NCBI GenBank assembly: GCA_038246925.1 | Contig: JBBRVL010000002.1 | Span: forward strand, 1 to 38,773 | Direction of reading: 5' to 3' | Length of the DNA stretch: 38,773 bases | Source of the DNA: Chloroflexia bacterium | GTDB lineage: Bacteria; Chloroflexota; Chloroflexia; QHBQ01; JADMIH01 | Shown: one piece after another, positions 24,605 through 33,302 of the stretch | How positions within the stretch are numbered: position 1 is the stretch's first letter | Layout of the letters: every line of letters starts with the position of its first letter | Translations under genes and position numbers: made by a program | The notes under the pieces: model-generated | The model's input: only the letters and a program-made list of their open reading frames with translations | The model's database searches: none | Told to the model about the DNA's origin: nothing

Positions 24605-24652
24605 TTGCCTGCCTATACCAATCGTGTTATGCTGGTTGCTGTACTTGTACAG
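24605..24652 (+). promoter_or_regulatory. candidate promoter (TTGCCT-N17-TATGCT) followed by the palindrome CTGTACTTGTACAG
   Basis: -35-like at 24605-24610 and -10-like at 24628-24633. A perfect 14-nt palindrome at 24639-24652 lies just downstream, about 20 nt before the ATG at 24675. Confidence 0.3.
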
Positions 24653-24674
24653 AAAGGGCACAGAAAGGACATTC

Positions 24675-25427
24675 ATGAGCCGTACCGGGCCTCTATATGA
24701 CTTACAGCAAGTAGACAGCGCTTTGGATAGCCGCGTCGCCCGCATGCGCCTTATCGATGAGCAGACGGTCGAAAGCGCCGAGCTGCTCGCCGCCCGTGCT
24801 GCCCAGGAAGAAGCCGCCACCCACTTGAAGGAGATGCAGGCCAGGCTGAAGAAGACCTCTCACGAATCTGATGAGACGGCCTCGCGCATACGCACCCAGG
24901 ACAAACGGCTCTATGATGGCTCTATCAAGAACCCAAAAGAGCTGGGGCAGGTGCAGGAGGAGGTCGGCCACCTGAAGTTGCGCTTGAAGTCCCAGGAGGA
25001 CACGGCTATCGACGCGATGATGGAGGTCGAAGCGGCGGAGGAAGCAGCCAGGGCGCGAGAACAAGAGCTTGACGGCGTTACAAAGGAATGGGAGCAATTT
25101 CAGGCCGGGTTAGCTGAGGAAAAAGAAACGCTCTTCTCCCAGGCAAAGGTGTTGCAGGTGAAGCGCCAAAGAGCAATAACTGATTTGCCGTGGGCCGATC
25201 TTCAGGTGTACGAGCGTCTGCGGCGGAGCAAGGGCGGCGTGGCGATAGCGGGGGTGCGTGATGGGCTTTGTAATGGGTGCGGTGTAGCGGTGCCCGCGCA
25301 GATACTTCGGCAGGCTCGCGCAACTGACGAGCTGGTTCCCTGCCCAACCTGCCATCGAATACTCTACCCGTTGGGCAACATAAAGTTCGCCGAGTTCGAC
25401 CACGGCCTCGATAACATCAATCGCTGA
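24675..25427 (+). CDS. COG1579/DUF164 coiled-coil protein with C-terminal C4 zinc ribbon
   Basis: The start at MSRTGPLYDLQQVD has an AAAGGA RBS. The track ORF begins at 24624. A long coiled-coil is followed by CNGCGV...CPTCHRILY. Confidence 0.8.
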   Translation: MSRTGPLYDLQQVDSALDSRVARMRLIDEQTVESAELLAARAAQEEAATHLKEMQARLKKTSHESDETASRIRTQDKRLYDGSIKNPKELGQVQEEVGHLKLRLKSQEDTAIDAMMEVEAAEEAARAREQELDGVTKEWEQFQAGLAEEKETLFSQAKVLQVKRQRAITDLPWADLQVYERLRRSKGGVAIAGVRDGLCNGCGVAVPAQILRQARATDELVPCPTCHRILYPLGNIKFAEFDHGLDNINR

Positions 25428-25455
25428 TGATGTTTCGTGTGAAGCAAAGCCGTAG

Positions 25456-26898
25456 ATGAGAAACCCTGTGCTTGTAGCGGCGGTTGCAGCCGGTAAAGCC
25501 TCAGGGCTTGCCACCCGCTTCCTGGGGCGCGGAGGCGGCACCGCTTTGCCGGGCTTGATAGCACAGGCCATGTATCCCGGTGTCTTGCGCGCCCTCACCT
25601 CACAATTGCCCGCCGGTGCGCTTGTAGTGACCGGCACCAACGGCAAGACGACCACTTCTCGCATGCTAGGGTCGATTCTGGAGGAGGCAGGCCTGGAGCC
25701 GCTCCATAACCGTTCAGGCTCAAACCTTGAGCGCGGGCTTGTCTCTACGATGGTTGATGCCGCCACGCCCTCAGGCGGCCTCCCCTCCGACCTGAAGGCA
25801 GGACTGTTTGAAGTTGACGAGGCTGCCCTGCCTGTCGTGCTCGGTAGCATACGCCCGAAGGTAGCTCTGTTCAACAACCTCTTCCGCGACCAGTTAGATC
25901 GCTATGGCGAGATCGACACGATACACCGCAAGTGGCAGGCGGCGCTACCTCGGCTTGGCCCAGCTTCAACATTAGTGCTGAACGCTGATGACCCGGCGAT
26001 TGCCTCCCTCGTCACTACGCCAGGTCTACGTGCAAAGCCTCTGCTCTTTGGCATCGACGACCCACGATATGCCCTCGATGCGCTGCCTCATGCCGCCGAC
26101 TCGATCTTGTGTCCTCGGTGCGCCAGCCGCCTGGATTACAGCCTTATACTTCTAGGCCACCTGGGTCACTGGCGTTGCCCATCTTGCGGCCTGGAACGCC
26201 CGCGCCCGGAAGTAGTGGCAACCAAAGTTGAACTGCATGGGACTGAGTCCAGCAACTTGATAATTGAGACACCGGCGGGCAAACTTGTGGTAAAACTCCA
26301 GGTGCCCGGCCTCTATAACGCTTACAACGGCCTCGCCGCAGTAGCCGCCGCTCTGGCGTTCGGAATTGCCCCCGAAAAGATCAAGGCGGGTATCGAGAAG
26401 TTCACGGCGGCCTTCGGGCGCATAGAGCGGGTAGATGTGCCTGGTGGCAAACAGCTTTTGATGGCGCTCGTGAAGAATCCGGTCGGTTTCAACGAAGTGT
26501 TGCGAATGCTTTTCCCCATTGAGGAACGATTGGGAGAGCAGGAAGTCACACCCAAGCGGCTCTTAATCATCATCAACGATCTTATAGCTGATGGCCGCGA
26601 TGTGTCCTGGCTTTGGGATGTAGACTTTGAGATAATCTCCGCGGCTTCAGGCCTGGTCAGCTCGGTTCACGTGTCGGGCATACGCGCCTCTGACATGGCG
26701 GTGCGGCTCAAGTATGCAGGTGTGGATGCGGACATGATTCATATAGAGCCTTCCATTGATGCCGCCCTCGATGAGGCATTAGGCTCACTGCCGCAGGGTG
26801 AAACACTCTACGTGCTGCCTACATACACCGCAATGCTGGCCTTCCGCAAGATGCTGCATGGTAGGGGTTGGGTCAAGAGCCAGTTCTGGGAGCAATAA
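25456..26898 (+). CDS. murT: lipid II isoglutaminyl synthase subunit MurT (Mur ligase family)
   Basis: 480 aa with the P-loop VTGTNGKTTTS. A MurT-type Cys4 ribbon, CPRC...CPSCG, follows, and the C-terminal region is DUF1727-like. gatD follows 3 nt later. Confidence 0.9.
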   Translation: MRNPVLVAAVAAGKASGLATRFLGRGGGTALPGLIAQAMYPGVLRALTSQLPAGALVVTGTNGKTTTSRMLGSILEEAGLEPLHNRSGSNLERGLVSTMVDAATPSGGLPSDLKAGLFEVDEAALPVVLGSIRPKVALFNNLFRDQLDRYGEIDTIHRKWQAALPRLGPASTLVLNADDPAIASLVTTPGLRAKPLLFGIDDPRYALDALPHAADSILCPRCASRLDYSLILLGHLGHWRCPSCGLERPRPEVVATKVELHGTESSNLIIETPAGKLVVKLQVPGLYNAYNGLAAVAAALAFGIAPEKIKAGIEKFTAAFGRIERVDVPGGKQLLMALVKNPVGFNEVLRMLFPIEERLGEQEVTPKRLLIIINDLIADGRDVSWLWDVDFEIISAASGLVSSVHVSGIRASDMAVRLKYAGVDADMIHIEPSIDAALDEALGSLPQGETLYVLPTYTAMLAFRKMLHGRGWVKSQFWEQ

Positions 26899-26901
26899 TA
26901 A

Positions 26902-27636
26902 ATGGACCTACGAATAGCATTTCTCTATCCGGAGTTGATGAATATATATGGCGACAGGGGCAACATCCTGGCGTTGAGCCGTCGCGCGCAATGGCGAGGT
27001 ATAGATGTGCAGGTAGAGAATGTGAGCATTGGGAATGATATTGACCCTAACTTCTACGACTTCTACTTCTTCGGCGGTGGACAGGACAAACAGCAGATAG
27101 CCGTCTCGGAAGACCTACAAGGCCGAAAGGGTGATGCTATCAAAGAGGCAGTCGAGCGTGGCGCAGTCATACTCAGCGTGTGCGGAGGCTATCAACTGCT
27201 TGGAAAATACTACCGCCCCTTCGACGGTGATGCCCTTCCCGGCATCGGCCTGTTTGACGCCCACACGGAGGCAGGGGACAGGCGCTATATAGGTAATGTA
27301 TTAGTTGATTGCGCCGTGCCGGGTGTCGGGACGATAGTGGCATTCGAGAACCACTCCGGCCTTACCTTCCTCGGCCCGGGATGCTCTCCCCTCGGCAAGT
27401 CGATCATAGGCGGTGGCAACAACGGCAAAGACGGCACCGAGGGTGCAATCTACAAGACCGCCTACGGCTGCTACCTGCACGGCTCTCTCCTTCCCAAGAA
27501 CCCCCGTTTTGCCGACCACCTCCTCACTCAGGCGCTCGGTCGCCGCCATGGGCCGGTAGAACTTTCTCCCCTGGACAACAGCCTCGAACAGATGGCCCAC
27601 ACCACCGCAACGTCTCGCGCCCGCGAAACTCGGTAG
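26902..27636 (+). CDS. gatD: lipid II isoglutaminyl synthase glutaminase subunit GatD
   Basis: 244 aa, a CobQ/CobB-type amidotransferase. It contains LYPELMNIYGDRGN, the catalytic SVCGGYQLLG, FENHSG and YLHGSLLPKNP. Confidence 0.9.
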   Translation: MDLRIAFLYPELMNIYGDRGNILALSRRAQWRGIDVQVENVSIGNDIDPNFYDFYFFGGGQDKQQIAVSEDLQGRKGDAIKEAVERGAVILSVCGGYQLLGKYYRPFDGDALPGIGLFDAHTEAGDRRYIGNVLVDCAVPGVGTIVAFENHSGLTFLGPGCSPLGKSIIGGGNNGKDGTEGAIYKTAYGCYLHGSLLPKNPRFADHLLTQALGRRHGPVELSPLDNSLEQMAHTTATSRARETR

Positions 27637-27723
27637 TCAGTGGTCGGTGATCGATGTTTCTCTTGTGATCCTACCCATAGGTCCCTTTGCGACTGATAAC
27701 CGACCACTGACTACCGACCACTG
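27631..27723. repeat. heptamer-word inverted pair (GTCAGTG/GTCGGTG words and complement)
   Basis: cggtagtcagtggtcggt (27631-27648, containing the gatD TAG stop) is perfectly complementary to accgaccactgactaccg (27699-27716). The loop is 50 nt. The right arm extends with ACCACTG to 27723. Confidence 0.9.
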
Positions 27724-27740
27724 TCAAAGTGTGGAAACGC

Positions 27741-27768
27741 TTGCAATGCTCTCCGAACAGTCTATAAT
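27741..27768 (+). promoter_or_regulatory. candidate dcw (Pmra-like) promoter TTGCAA-N16-TATAAT
   Basis: TTGCAA at 27741-27746 and TATAAT at 27763-27768. It is flanked by AAAGTG(T)GG boxes, about 120 nt upstream of the mraZ ATG. Confidence 0.5.
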
Positions 27769-27778
27769 GTGAGAAATT

Positions 27779-27823
27779 GTGGAAAAAGTGGCGAAAAGTG
27801 GGGAAAAGTGGGGAAAAGTGTGG
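27779..27823 (+). promoter_or_regulatory. putative MraZ operator: five direct (A)AAGTGG boxes at 9-10-nt spacing
   Basis: GTGG starts at 27779, 27788, 27798 and 27808, and GTGTGG starts at 27818. Each is preceded by an A-run. One more AAAGTGTGG box lies at 27726-27734, upstream of the -35. Confidence 0.65.
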
Positions 27824-27887
27824 ACAAGTCGGGCTATTGGGGTTGTGGGTCAGTGTTCAACAGCAAGACCAATGGGTGTGGAGAGCG

Positions 27888-28316
27888 ATGTTTTTAGGGC
27901 GGTTCGAGCATTCTGTGGACAACAAAGGGCGTATGGCGGTCCCCGCGCGCTTCCGTGACAAGCTGTCGGGCGAGTTGATCATCACTCGCGGCAACGACCG
28001 CTGCCTATACCTGTTCACGCAGGACTCGTGGGAACCGTTAGCCGCCAAACTCGAAGCGTTACCCACAGGCGATGCAGACGCCCGCAATTTGCGCCGCGCC
28101 GTCTTCTCCGCCGCCGAGCCTGTCGAACTGGACAAACAGGGCCGCATGATGATCCCCGGCCACCTTATCCAGTATGCGAATATATCGGGCAACGTCGCTA
28201 TCATCGGCCTTGGCAGCTACATCGAAATCTGGGACCAGGAGTCTTGGCAGACCCTCGACAGCAATATCGAGAAGAATGTAGATGTAATTTCCTCCCACCT
28301 CGCCGGGCAGTATTGA
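27888..28316 (+). CDS. mraZ: transcriptional regulator MraZ
   Basis: 142 aa starting [23 protein letters not shown], with a second SpoVT/AbrB-like repeat ([13 protein letters not shown]). The track ORF start at 27777 merely translates the operator repeats. Confidence 0.95.
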   Translation: MFLGRFEHSVDNKGRMAVPARFRDKLSGELIITRGNDRCLYLFTQDSWEPLAAKLEALPTGDADARNLRRAVFSAAEPVELDKQGRMMIPGHLIQYANISGNVAIIGLGSYIEIWDQESWQTLDSNIEKNVDVISSHLAGQY

Positions 28317-29302
28317 TGCCAGAGGTCCAGGGATCGGGGTTCAGGGATCGGGGGTCGGAAGAGCCGCATATACCAGTTCTGCTTGAGGAAGTTATCACGG
28401 GACTACAGCCACGGCCCGGCGGTTCGTATATTGACGGCACGGTTGGGGCGGGAGGCCACTCTGAGGCAATACTGGCGTTGGCTGCTGGAGCAAGGTTGCT
28501 TTGCCTCGATGTCGATACTATGGCCTTCGATATTGCCCGTGAGCGTCTTGCACCCTATGTGAAAAGTGGACAAGTGCATCTGGTTCATTCCAACTTCGAG
28601 CGCTTGGACGAAGTAGCTATTGCTGAAGGATTTCCACAGGTAGACGGGGTACTGCTTGATCTGGGTGTATCATCTATGCAGCTTGATAGGCCGGAGCGTG
28701 GTTTCTCGTTCCGTGAAGATGGCCCGCTCGATATGCGCCTGGACTCTGGTGCCGGGGAGACAGCAGCGGATCTAGTGAACACGCTACCTGAGGAAGAACT
28801 GGCAAACTTGATTTACAAATACGGGGAAGAGAAGGCATCCCGCCGTATAACCCGCCGCATCGTAGAAGCACGAGAGCGCGGTCCAATTACTACCACTTCG
28901 CATCTTGAAGCGATTATATACGGCGCGCTAGGCGGAAAGGTGGCGGGCCGGACGCGCAATCCAATTCATCCAGCTACAAAGACGTTTCAGGCACTACGGA
29001 TCGCTGTCAACCGCGAGCTTAAAGTGTTGGAGAATGGCCTTGCGGCGGCGGTGCGCGTGCTCAAACCGGGCGGCAGGCTGGCGGTGATTTCTTTTCATTC
29101 GCTGGAAGACCGCATTGTAAAACTCTTCATCAGGCAGGAGCAGAAGGGCTGTATCTGCCCGCCTGAGTACCCGGCTTGCGTATGCGGGCGTACACCTACC
29201 CTGAAGGCGGTGAACAACAAGCCGCTCGAAGCGTCTGCCGAGGAAGCACGTCGCAACCCCAGAAGCCGCAGCGCCAAGCTGAGGATAGCAGAGAGAATAT
29301 AA
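28316..29302 (+). CDS. rsmH: 16S rRNA (cytosine1402-N4)-methyltransferase RsmH
   Basis: The ATG overlaps the mraZ TGA (TGATG). Motifs are [31 protein letters not shown] and SFHSLEDR. The track start at 28028 is an out-of-context extension inside mraZ. Confidence 0.95.
   Translation: MPEVQGSGFRDRGSEEPHIPVLLEEVITGLQPRPGGSYIDGTVGAGGHSEAILALAAGARLLCLDVDTMAFDIARERLAPYVKSGQVHLVHSNFERLDEVAIAEGFPQVDGVLLDLGVSSMQLDRPERGFSFREDGPLDMRLDSGAGETAADLVNTLPEEELANLIYKYGEEKASRRITRRIVEARERGPITTTSHLEAIIYGALGGKVAGRTRNPIHPATKTFQALRIAVNRELKVLENGLAAAVRVLKPGGRLAVISFHSLEDRIVKLFIRQEQKGCICPPEYPACVCGRTPTLKAVNNKPLEASAEEARRNPRSRSAKLRIAERI
28328..28355. repeat. in-CDS 14-nt direct repeat (CAGGGATCGGGGTT / CAGGGATCGGGGGT)
   Basis: Two adjacent 14-nt copies (2 x 7 nt) lie in codons 5-14 of rsmH and encode GSGFRDRGS, in an N-terminal tail ahead of the conserved HIPVLL. 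Confidence 0.8.
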
Positions 29303-29303
29303 G

Positions 29304-29867
29304 TTGCTAGCTTCACAACCACCAGAGTTCGCAGCATCTAATGACGCACATAACGAAAACTCCAGGCCAGCCATGACCAACCGTCGAAGAAACCAGGCAC
29401 AGGCATCACCCAAGCGACGCAGGTTTGCGCCTTCTTTGCAGTTGGTGCCGCGCCCGCTCATCTCCAAGGTGTCGGCTGCTGGGCAATCGGTGTCGAGCAT
29501 CAGGCCGAGCCTGTTGCGTGGGCTTGACCTTCCACCGGCGCTCGCGTTGCTGGTCGGTGCGGTCATCCTGGCCGTTATCTGCTTCATCTACCTGACGCAG
29601 ATAACGGCGGTCAGTAACGCCAATTTCACTCTACAAAGCCTTGAGAGTAAGCACACCGACCTCCTGCGCGAGCGACAGGACCTGCAACTCCAGATTGGAC
29701 GCGCCCAGTCGCTCCCCAGCATAGAGAAAATCGCTCGTGAGAAGCTACAAATGGTGGCCGTCGGCGACCATTACACTTACATTTCCGTGAGTGGTGGGCC
29801 GCTGGGCGCAGTGCCACCGCTCCCGACGCCTGTCCTTCCCACAGCCACACCCTCCGAAGGGCCTTAG
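29304..29867 (+). CDS. ftsL: cell division protein FtsL-like (septum formation initiator family)
   Basis: A single TM (LALLVGAVILAVICFIYL) is followed by a coiled-coil (LESKHTDLLRERQDLQLQI) and IEKIAREKLQMV. It sits between rsmH and ftsI. The start is uncertain: TTG 29304, adjacent to the rsmH stop, or ATG 29373. Confidence 0.7.
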   Translation: MLASQPPEFAASNDAHNENSRPAMTNRRRNQAQASPKRRRFAPSLQLVPRPLISKVSAAGQSVSSIRPSLLRGLDLPPALALLVGAVILAVICFIYLTQITAVSNANFTLQSLESKHTDLLRERQDLQLQIGRAQSLPSIEKIAREKLQMVAVGDHYTYISVSGGPLGAVPPLPTPVLPTATPSEGP

Positions 29868-29979
29868 GACGAGGATGAGCAATACCCGGTAGCAAGTGCA
29901 TCCTGTCTGCTATTATTGGCCCCGATCCCTTTTGCTACTATTCCAACCGACTCTTCCACAACCCCAAGGCGAGGTATAA

Positions 29980-31788
29980 ATGGCCCAAAACACACTCAAC
30001 CAGAGAGCACAACAAGCATCACGCCACCGGCGCGTCGATTTGTGGCGGCTGTGGGTGGTGATGATCGTCTTCGCCCTCTTCGGGGTCTACAACGCGTGGA
30101 AGGTCTTCAACCTCCAGGTATTGCGATATAGCGACATGTACGCCAGGGCCGAAAAGTTGATCAAGTGGAAAGACACCCTCCAGCCCAGGCGCGGCGCTAT
30201 CTACGACTCTAGGGGCCAGCTTCTCGCGGGCAACACCACCGCTGAGGATGTCTATATCGATAAGATGCACGCCGATGATGAGGACTTGCACAGGATAGCC
30301 GACCTCCTCGGCCCCGTGGTCGGCAAGCAGCCGGGCGATCTCTATACCAACTTAAAAGAAGCGTCCGGCACCAACGTCAGGCTCGCCAGCAAGCTGAATG
30401 ATGAAACGACCGCTAAGGTCCGCGACCTGGTGGACAAGAACAAGGCGCTGCTTCGATATAAACTCTATCTCGACCCCCAGCCGTTGCGGCAATACCCTGC
30501 CGTCAACATTATGCCGGATGGACGTTTAACCGGGCTTGCCGCCTCTGTCCTCGGATTCACCGATCACGAGAACGAAGGGCATTACGGCGTAGAGGAGTTT
30601 TATAACAGCACGCTCGGTGGCGAGCCGGGTTGGATATTCGCGGAGCACGATGCGAGCGGCAGGCCCCTCGTCCTTCAGCAGCCGGAGATGCAGCCCGCTA
30701 AGGATGGCTCCGACATCGTGCTCACCATAGATAGCGCCATCCAGTACCTCGCCGAACGAGAGCTTACCGCTTCTCTGGCAGAGTTCAAGGCGGAAAGTGG
30801 CTACGTGGTGGTGCAAGACCCTAATACAGGCGGCATCCTCGCTATGGTCAGCCTCCCTGGTTTCGATTCAAACAAGTTTAATGAAGTGACCGATTACGGC
30901 GTCTTCCGCAATCCTATGGTCAACGACGTGCGTGAGCCTGGGTCTACCATGAAGATATTGACTTATGCCTCGGGAATAGACGCAGGCGCTGTCATGTCAA
31001 GCACCACTTTTTTCGGCACCGCCTGTGATCAACAGTATGGCCTATGCAACGCCACCCAAACGGCCTACGGGCTGCAGACTATGACTATGGGCCTCGGGCG
31101 CTCAGACAATGTTGCTTCTATGTTCGTGGCCAGGCAATTAGGAGAGGACCGCTTCTATGAATACCTGAAGGCTTTCGGCATCGGCCAGCGCACTGGTATA
31201 GACCTCTCCGGTGAGGTGGCGGGTCTGCTCAATTACCCCGGTGAAGAGGGCTACTGGCCGATCAACCTCTACACCAACTCGTTCGGCCAGGGTGTGGCAA
31301 CTACTCCCATCCAGCTCGTGAATGCGGTGTCGGCTGTTGCCAATGGTGGCAGGCTCCTCAAACCGCACGTCCTGAAAGAGATCAGACGTGTAGATGGCAC
31401 GATCGAGCCGTTTGAAACAGAGGAGGTTCGGCGGGTAGTCAGCCCCGAGACCAGCCGCGACATTGCCGATATGCTTGCTTATGGGGTGGAGAATGGGCTT
31501 GTCGCTCGTTTCTCCCAAGTGCCGGGCTATCACGTATCGGTCAAGACAGGCACCGCGCAGATAGTTGGTGATGGTGTCTATACCGATGGTTCGTTTGCCT
31601 CAGCTATGGGTTGGGGACCGTCGCATGATGCGAAGTTTACTCTTTATATAGGTATACTCAATCCGCAGACGAGCCAGTGGGGCGAGAACACTGCTTCGAT
31701 CTCCTGGGGTCGCCTGGCAAAAGAGCTTCTCCTCTACCTCAACGCACAGCCGTCCGAGCCGCTACCTACCCCCACAGTCACTCCCTGA
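29980..31788 (+). CDS. ftsI: class B penicillin-binding protein, divisome transpeptidase (FtsI-like)
   Basis: 602 aa with a TM anchor. The motifs are STMK (PGSTMKI), SDN and KTGTAQ. It occupies the canonical position after ftsL. Confidence 0.9.
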   Translation: MAQNTLNQRAQQASRHRRVDLWRLWVVMIVFALFGVYNAWKVFNLQVLRYSDMYARAEKLIKWKDTLQPRRGAIYDSRGQLLAGNTTAEDVYIDKMHADDEDLHRIADLLGPVVGKQPGDLYTNLKEASGTNVRLASKLNDETTAKVRDLVDKNKALLRYKLYLDPQPLRQYPAVNIMPDGRLTGLAASVLGFTDHENEGHYGVEEFYNSTLGGEPGWIFAEHDASGRPLVLQQPEMQPAKDGSDIVLTIDSAIQYLAERELTASLAEFKAESGYVVVQDPNTGGILAMVSLPGFDSNKFNEVTDYGVFRNPMVNDVREPGSTMKILTYASGIDAGAVMSSTTFFGTACDQQYGLCNATQTAYGLQTMTMGLGRSDNVASMFVARQLGEDRFYEYLKAFGIGQRTGIDLSGEVAGLLNYPGEEGYWPINLYTNSFGQGVATTPIQLVNAVSAVANGGRLLKPHVLKEIRRVDGTIEPFETEEVRRVVSPETSRDIADMLAYGVENGLVARFSQVPGYHVSVKTGTAQIVGDGVYTDGSFASAMGWGPSHDAKFTLYIGILNPQTSQWGENTASISWGRLAKELLLYLNAQPSEPLPTPTVTP

Positions 31789-31796
31789 TAGATACT

Positions 31797-31895
31797 GAGT
31801 GGTGAGTGATGAGTGGTGAGCGTTCTGTGCTATAATACTCGCCGGATAACACCTGTATTTACAGCTTCTCACCACTCACCACTCACCACTCACCC
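31797..31895. repeat. heptamer inverted pair GAGTGGT-type / CACCACT-type
   Basis: The left arm 31797-31820 (gagtggtgagtgatgagtggtgag) is complementary to 31868-31891 with one mismatch. The loop is 47 nt and contains TGcTATAAT (31828-31836). The right arm ends 3 nt before the murF ATG region. Confidence 0.9.
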
Positions 31896-31898
31896 ATT

Positions 31899-33293
31899 AT
31901 GTTCACCCTGGCAGATATTCTTGAGGGTACGCAAGGCCACCTTGACGAGGCAACGGGCGCGCTCGCAATGACCGGCCTCGGCTTCAGCGATGTCGTTACA
32001 GACTCGCGGGCTTCTCTGGGTGGGGCGCTTTTCGTCGCGCTCATGGGCGAGCACGTTGACGGACACAACTTTGTGCTGGATGCGGTGGGGCATGGGGCAC
32101 GCGGCGCGGTGGTTCGCTACGATTGGCATGGGCCTGAGGCTCTTCCTTCCGGTGTGGCCCTCATCCGCGTGGACGATCCGCTCTCTGCTCTCCAGAAGCT
32201 GGCGGCGTGGTGGCGGGCACGACACGAAGTGCAAGTAATCGGCGTCACAGGCAGCATAGGCAAGACCTCTACTAAAGAGGTAATCGCCGCCGTCCTCTCC
32301 AGCCGGTTCAACACCCTTAAATCTATCGGCAATCTCAACAACGAGATCGGCCTTCCACTAACGCTCCTTCGTCTCACGTCCGAACATGAGAAGGCGGTGC
32401 TGGAGATGGGCGCCGGGTACGCACTTGGCGAGTTGACGATGCTTTGCGAGATAGCGCGGCCCGAGATAGCGGTCGTCACGAACGTCGGCCCCGTACACCT
32501 GGAACGGATGGGTACAGTGGAGAACATCGCTTTAAATAAGAGCGAATTAGTGCGCGCCCTTCCAGCATCAGGCACGGCTGTCCTCAACGCCGACGACCCT
32601 CGCGTGTCCCAGATGCGCGAAGTGACCAGCGCCAGGATTATCACCTATGGCCTCGATACTGAGGCCGATCTGTGTGCCTGCGACATTGAGAGCCACGGTT
32701 TGCAAGGTGTCCACTTCACGCTTCAATTTGGCCCTGATGCTCAGGAGCAGCGCGTTCGCTTGCCCTTACTTGGCAGGCACAGCGTGCATACGGCACTGGC
32801 GGCGGCGGGAGCGGCTTATGCTGCCGGTATGACCTGGGACGAGATTATTCCCGCTTTGCAGGCGCTGGGAGCGCAGGTGCGGCTTATAGTTGTTCCGGGT
32901 TACAATGGGTGTACGTTGATAGACGATAGCTACAATGCTTCCCCCGACTCCACGATTGCGGCTCTGAACCTGTTGGAAGAGATGCCGGGCAGGAGAATAG
33001 CGGTCCTGGGCGATATGCTGGAGCTTGGTAGTTACGAGCAGGAAGGCCATCTGAAGGTGGCTCGACGGGCGACTGTCGCTGCCCAGAGGCTGGTTGTCGT
33101 GGGGAGCCTGGGCCGTCTCATGGGTGAGGAAGCGCTCAAGGCAGGTATGTCCCCGGAGCGTGTCTTCTTTGCAGCCGACAACGCACAAGTTGTAGACTAT
33201 TTACGAAGCATACTCAAGCCGGGCGATCATGTCCTGGTGAAAGGCTCTCGCGGCCTCCGTATGGACGAGATAGTGGACGCACTCAGGGTTTAG
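31899..33293 (+). CDS. murF: UDP-N-acetylmuramoyl-tripeptide--D-alanyl-D-alanine ligase
   Basis: 464 aa with the Mur ligase P-loop GVTGSIGKTSTKE, plus DDSYNASP and VLVKGSRG. No Shine-Dalgarno sequence is present. The leader is the CACCACT repeat. Confidence 0.95.
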   Translation: MFTLADILEGTQGHLDEATGALAMTGLGFSDVVTDSRASLGGALFVALMGEHVDGHNFVLDAVGHGARGAVVRYDWHGPEALPSGVALIRVDDPLSALQKLAAWWRARHEVQVIGVTGSIGKTSTKEVIAAVLSSRFNTLKSIGNLNNEIGLPLTLLRLTSEHEKAVLEMGAGYALGELTMLCEIARPEIAVVTNVGPVHLERMGTVENIALNKSELVRALPASGTAVLNADDPRVSQMREVTSARIITYGLDTEADLCACDIESHGLQGVHFTLQFGPDAQEQRVRLPLLGRHSVHTALAAAGAAYAAGMTWDEIIPALQALGAQVRLIVVPGYNGCTLIDDSYNASPDSTIAALNLLEEMPGRRIAVLGDMLELGSYEQEGHLKVARRATVAAQRLVVVGSLGRLMGEEALKAGMSPERVFFAADNAQVVDYLRSILKPGDHVLVKGSRGLRMDEIVDALRV

Positions 33294-33302
33294 AAGGAAA
33301 TA

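Noticed and set aside
27777-27887. ORF-track N-terminal extensions of mraZ (27777), and similarly rsmH (28028), murD (34609), the SEDS gene (4617) and the COG1579 gene (24624)
   Set aside because: The extensions translate operator or heptamer repeats, or overlap the preceding gene in another frame. Conserved family N-termini and RBS or stop-start coupling support the internal starts.
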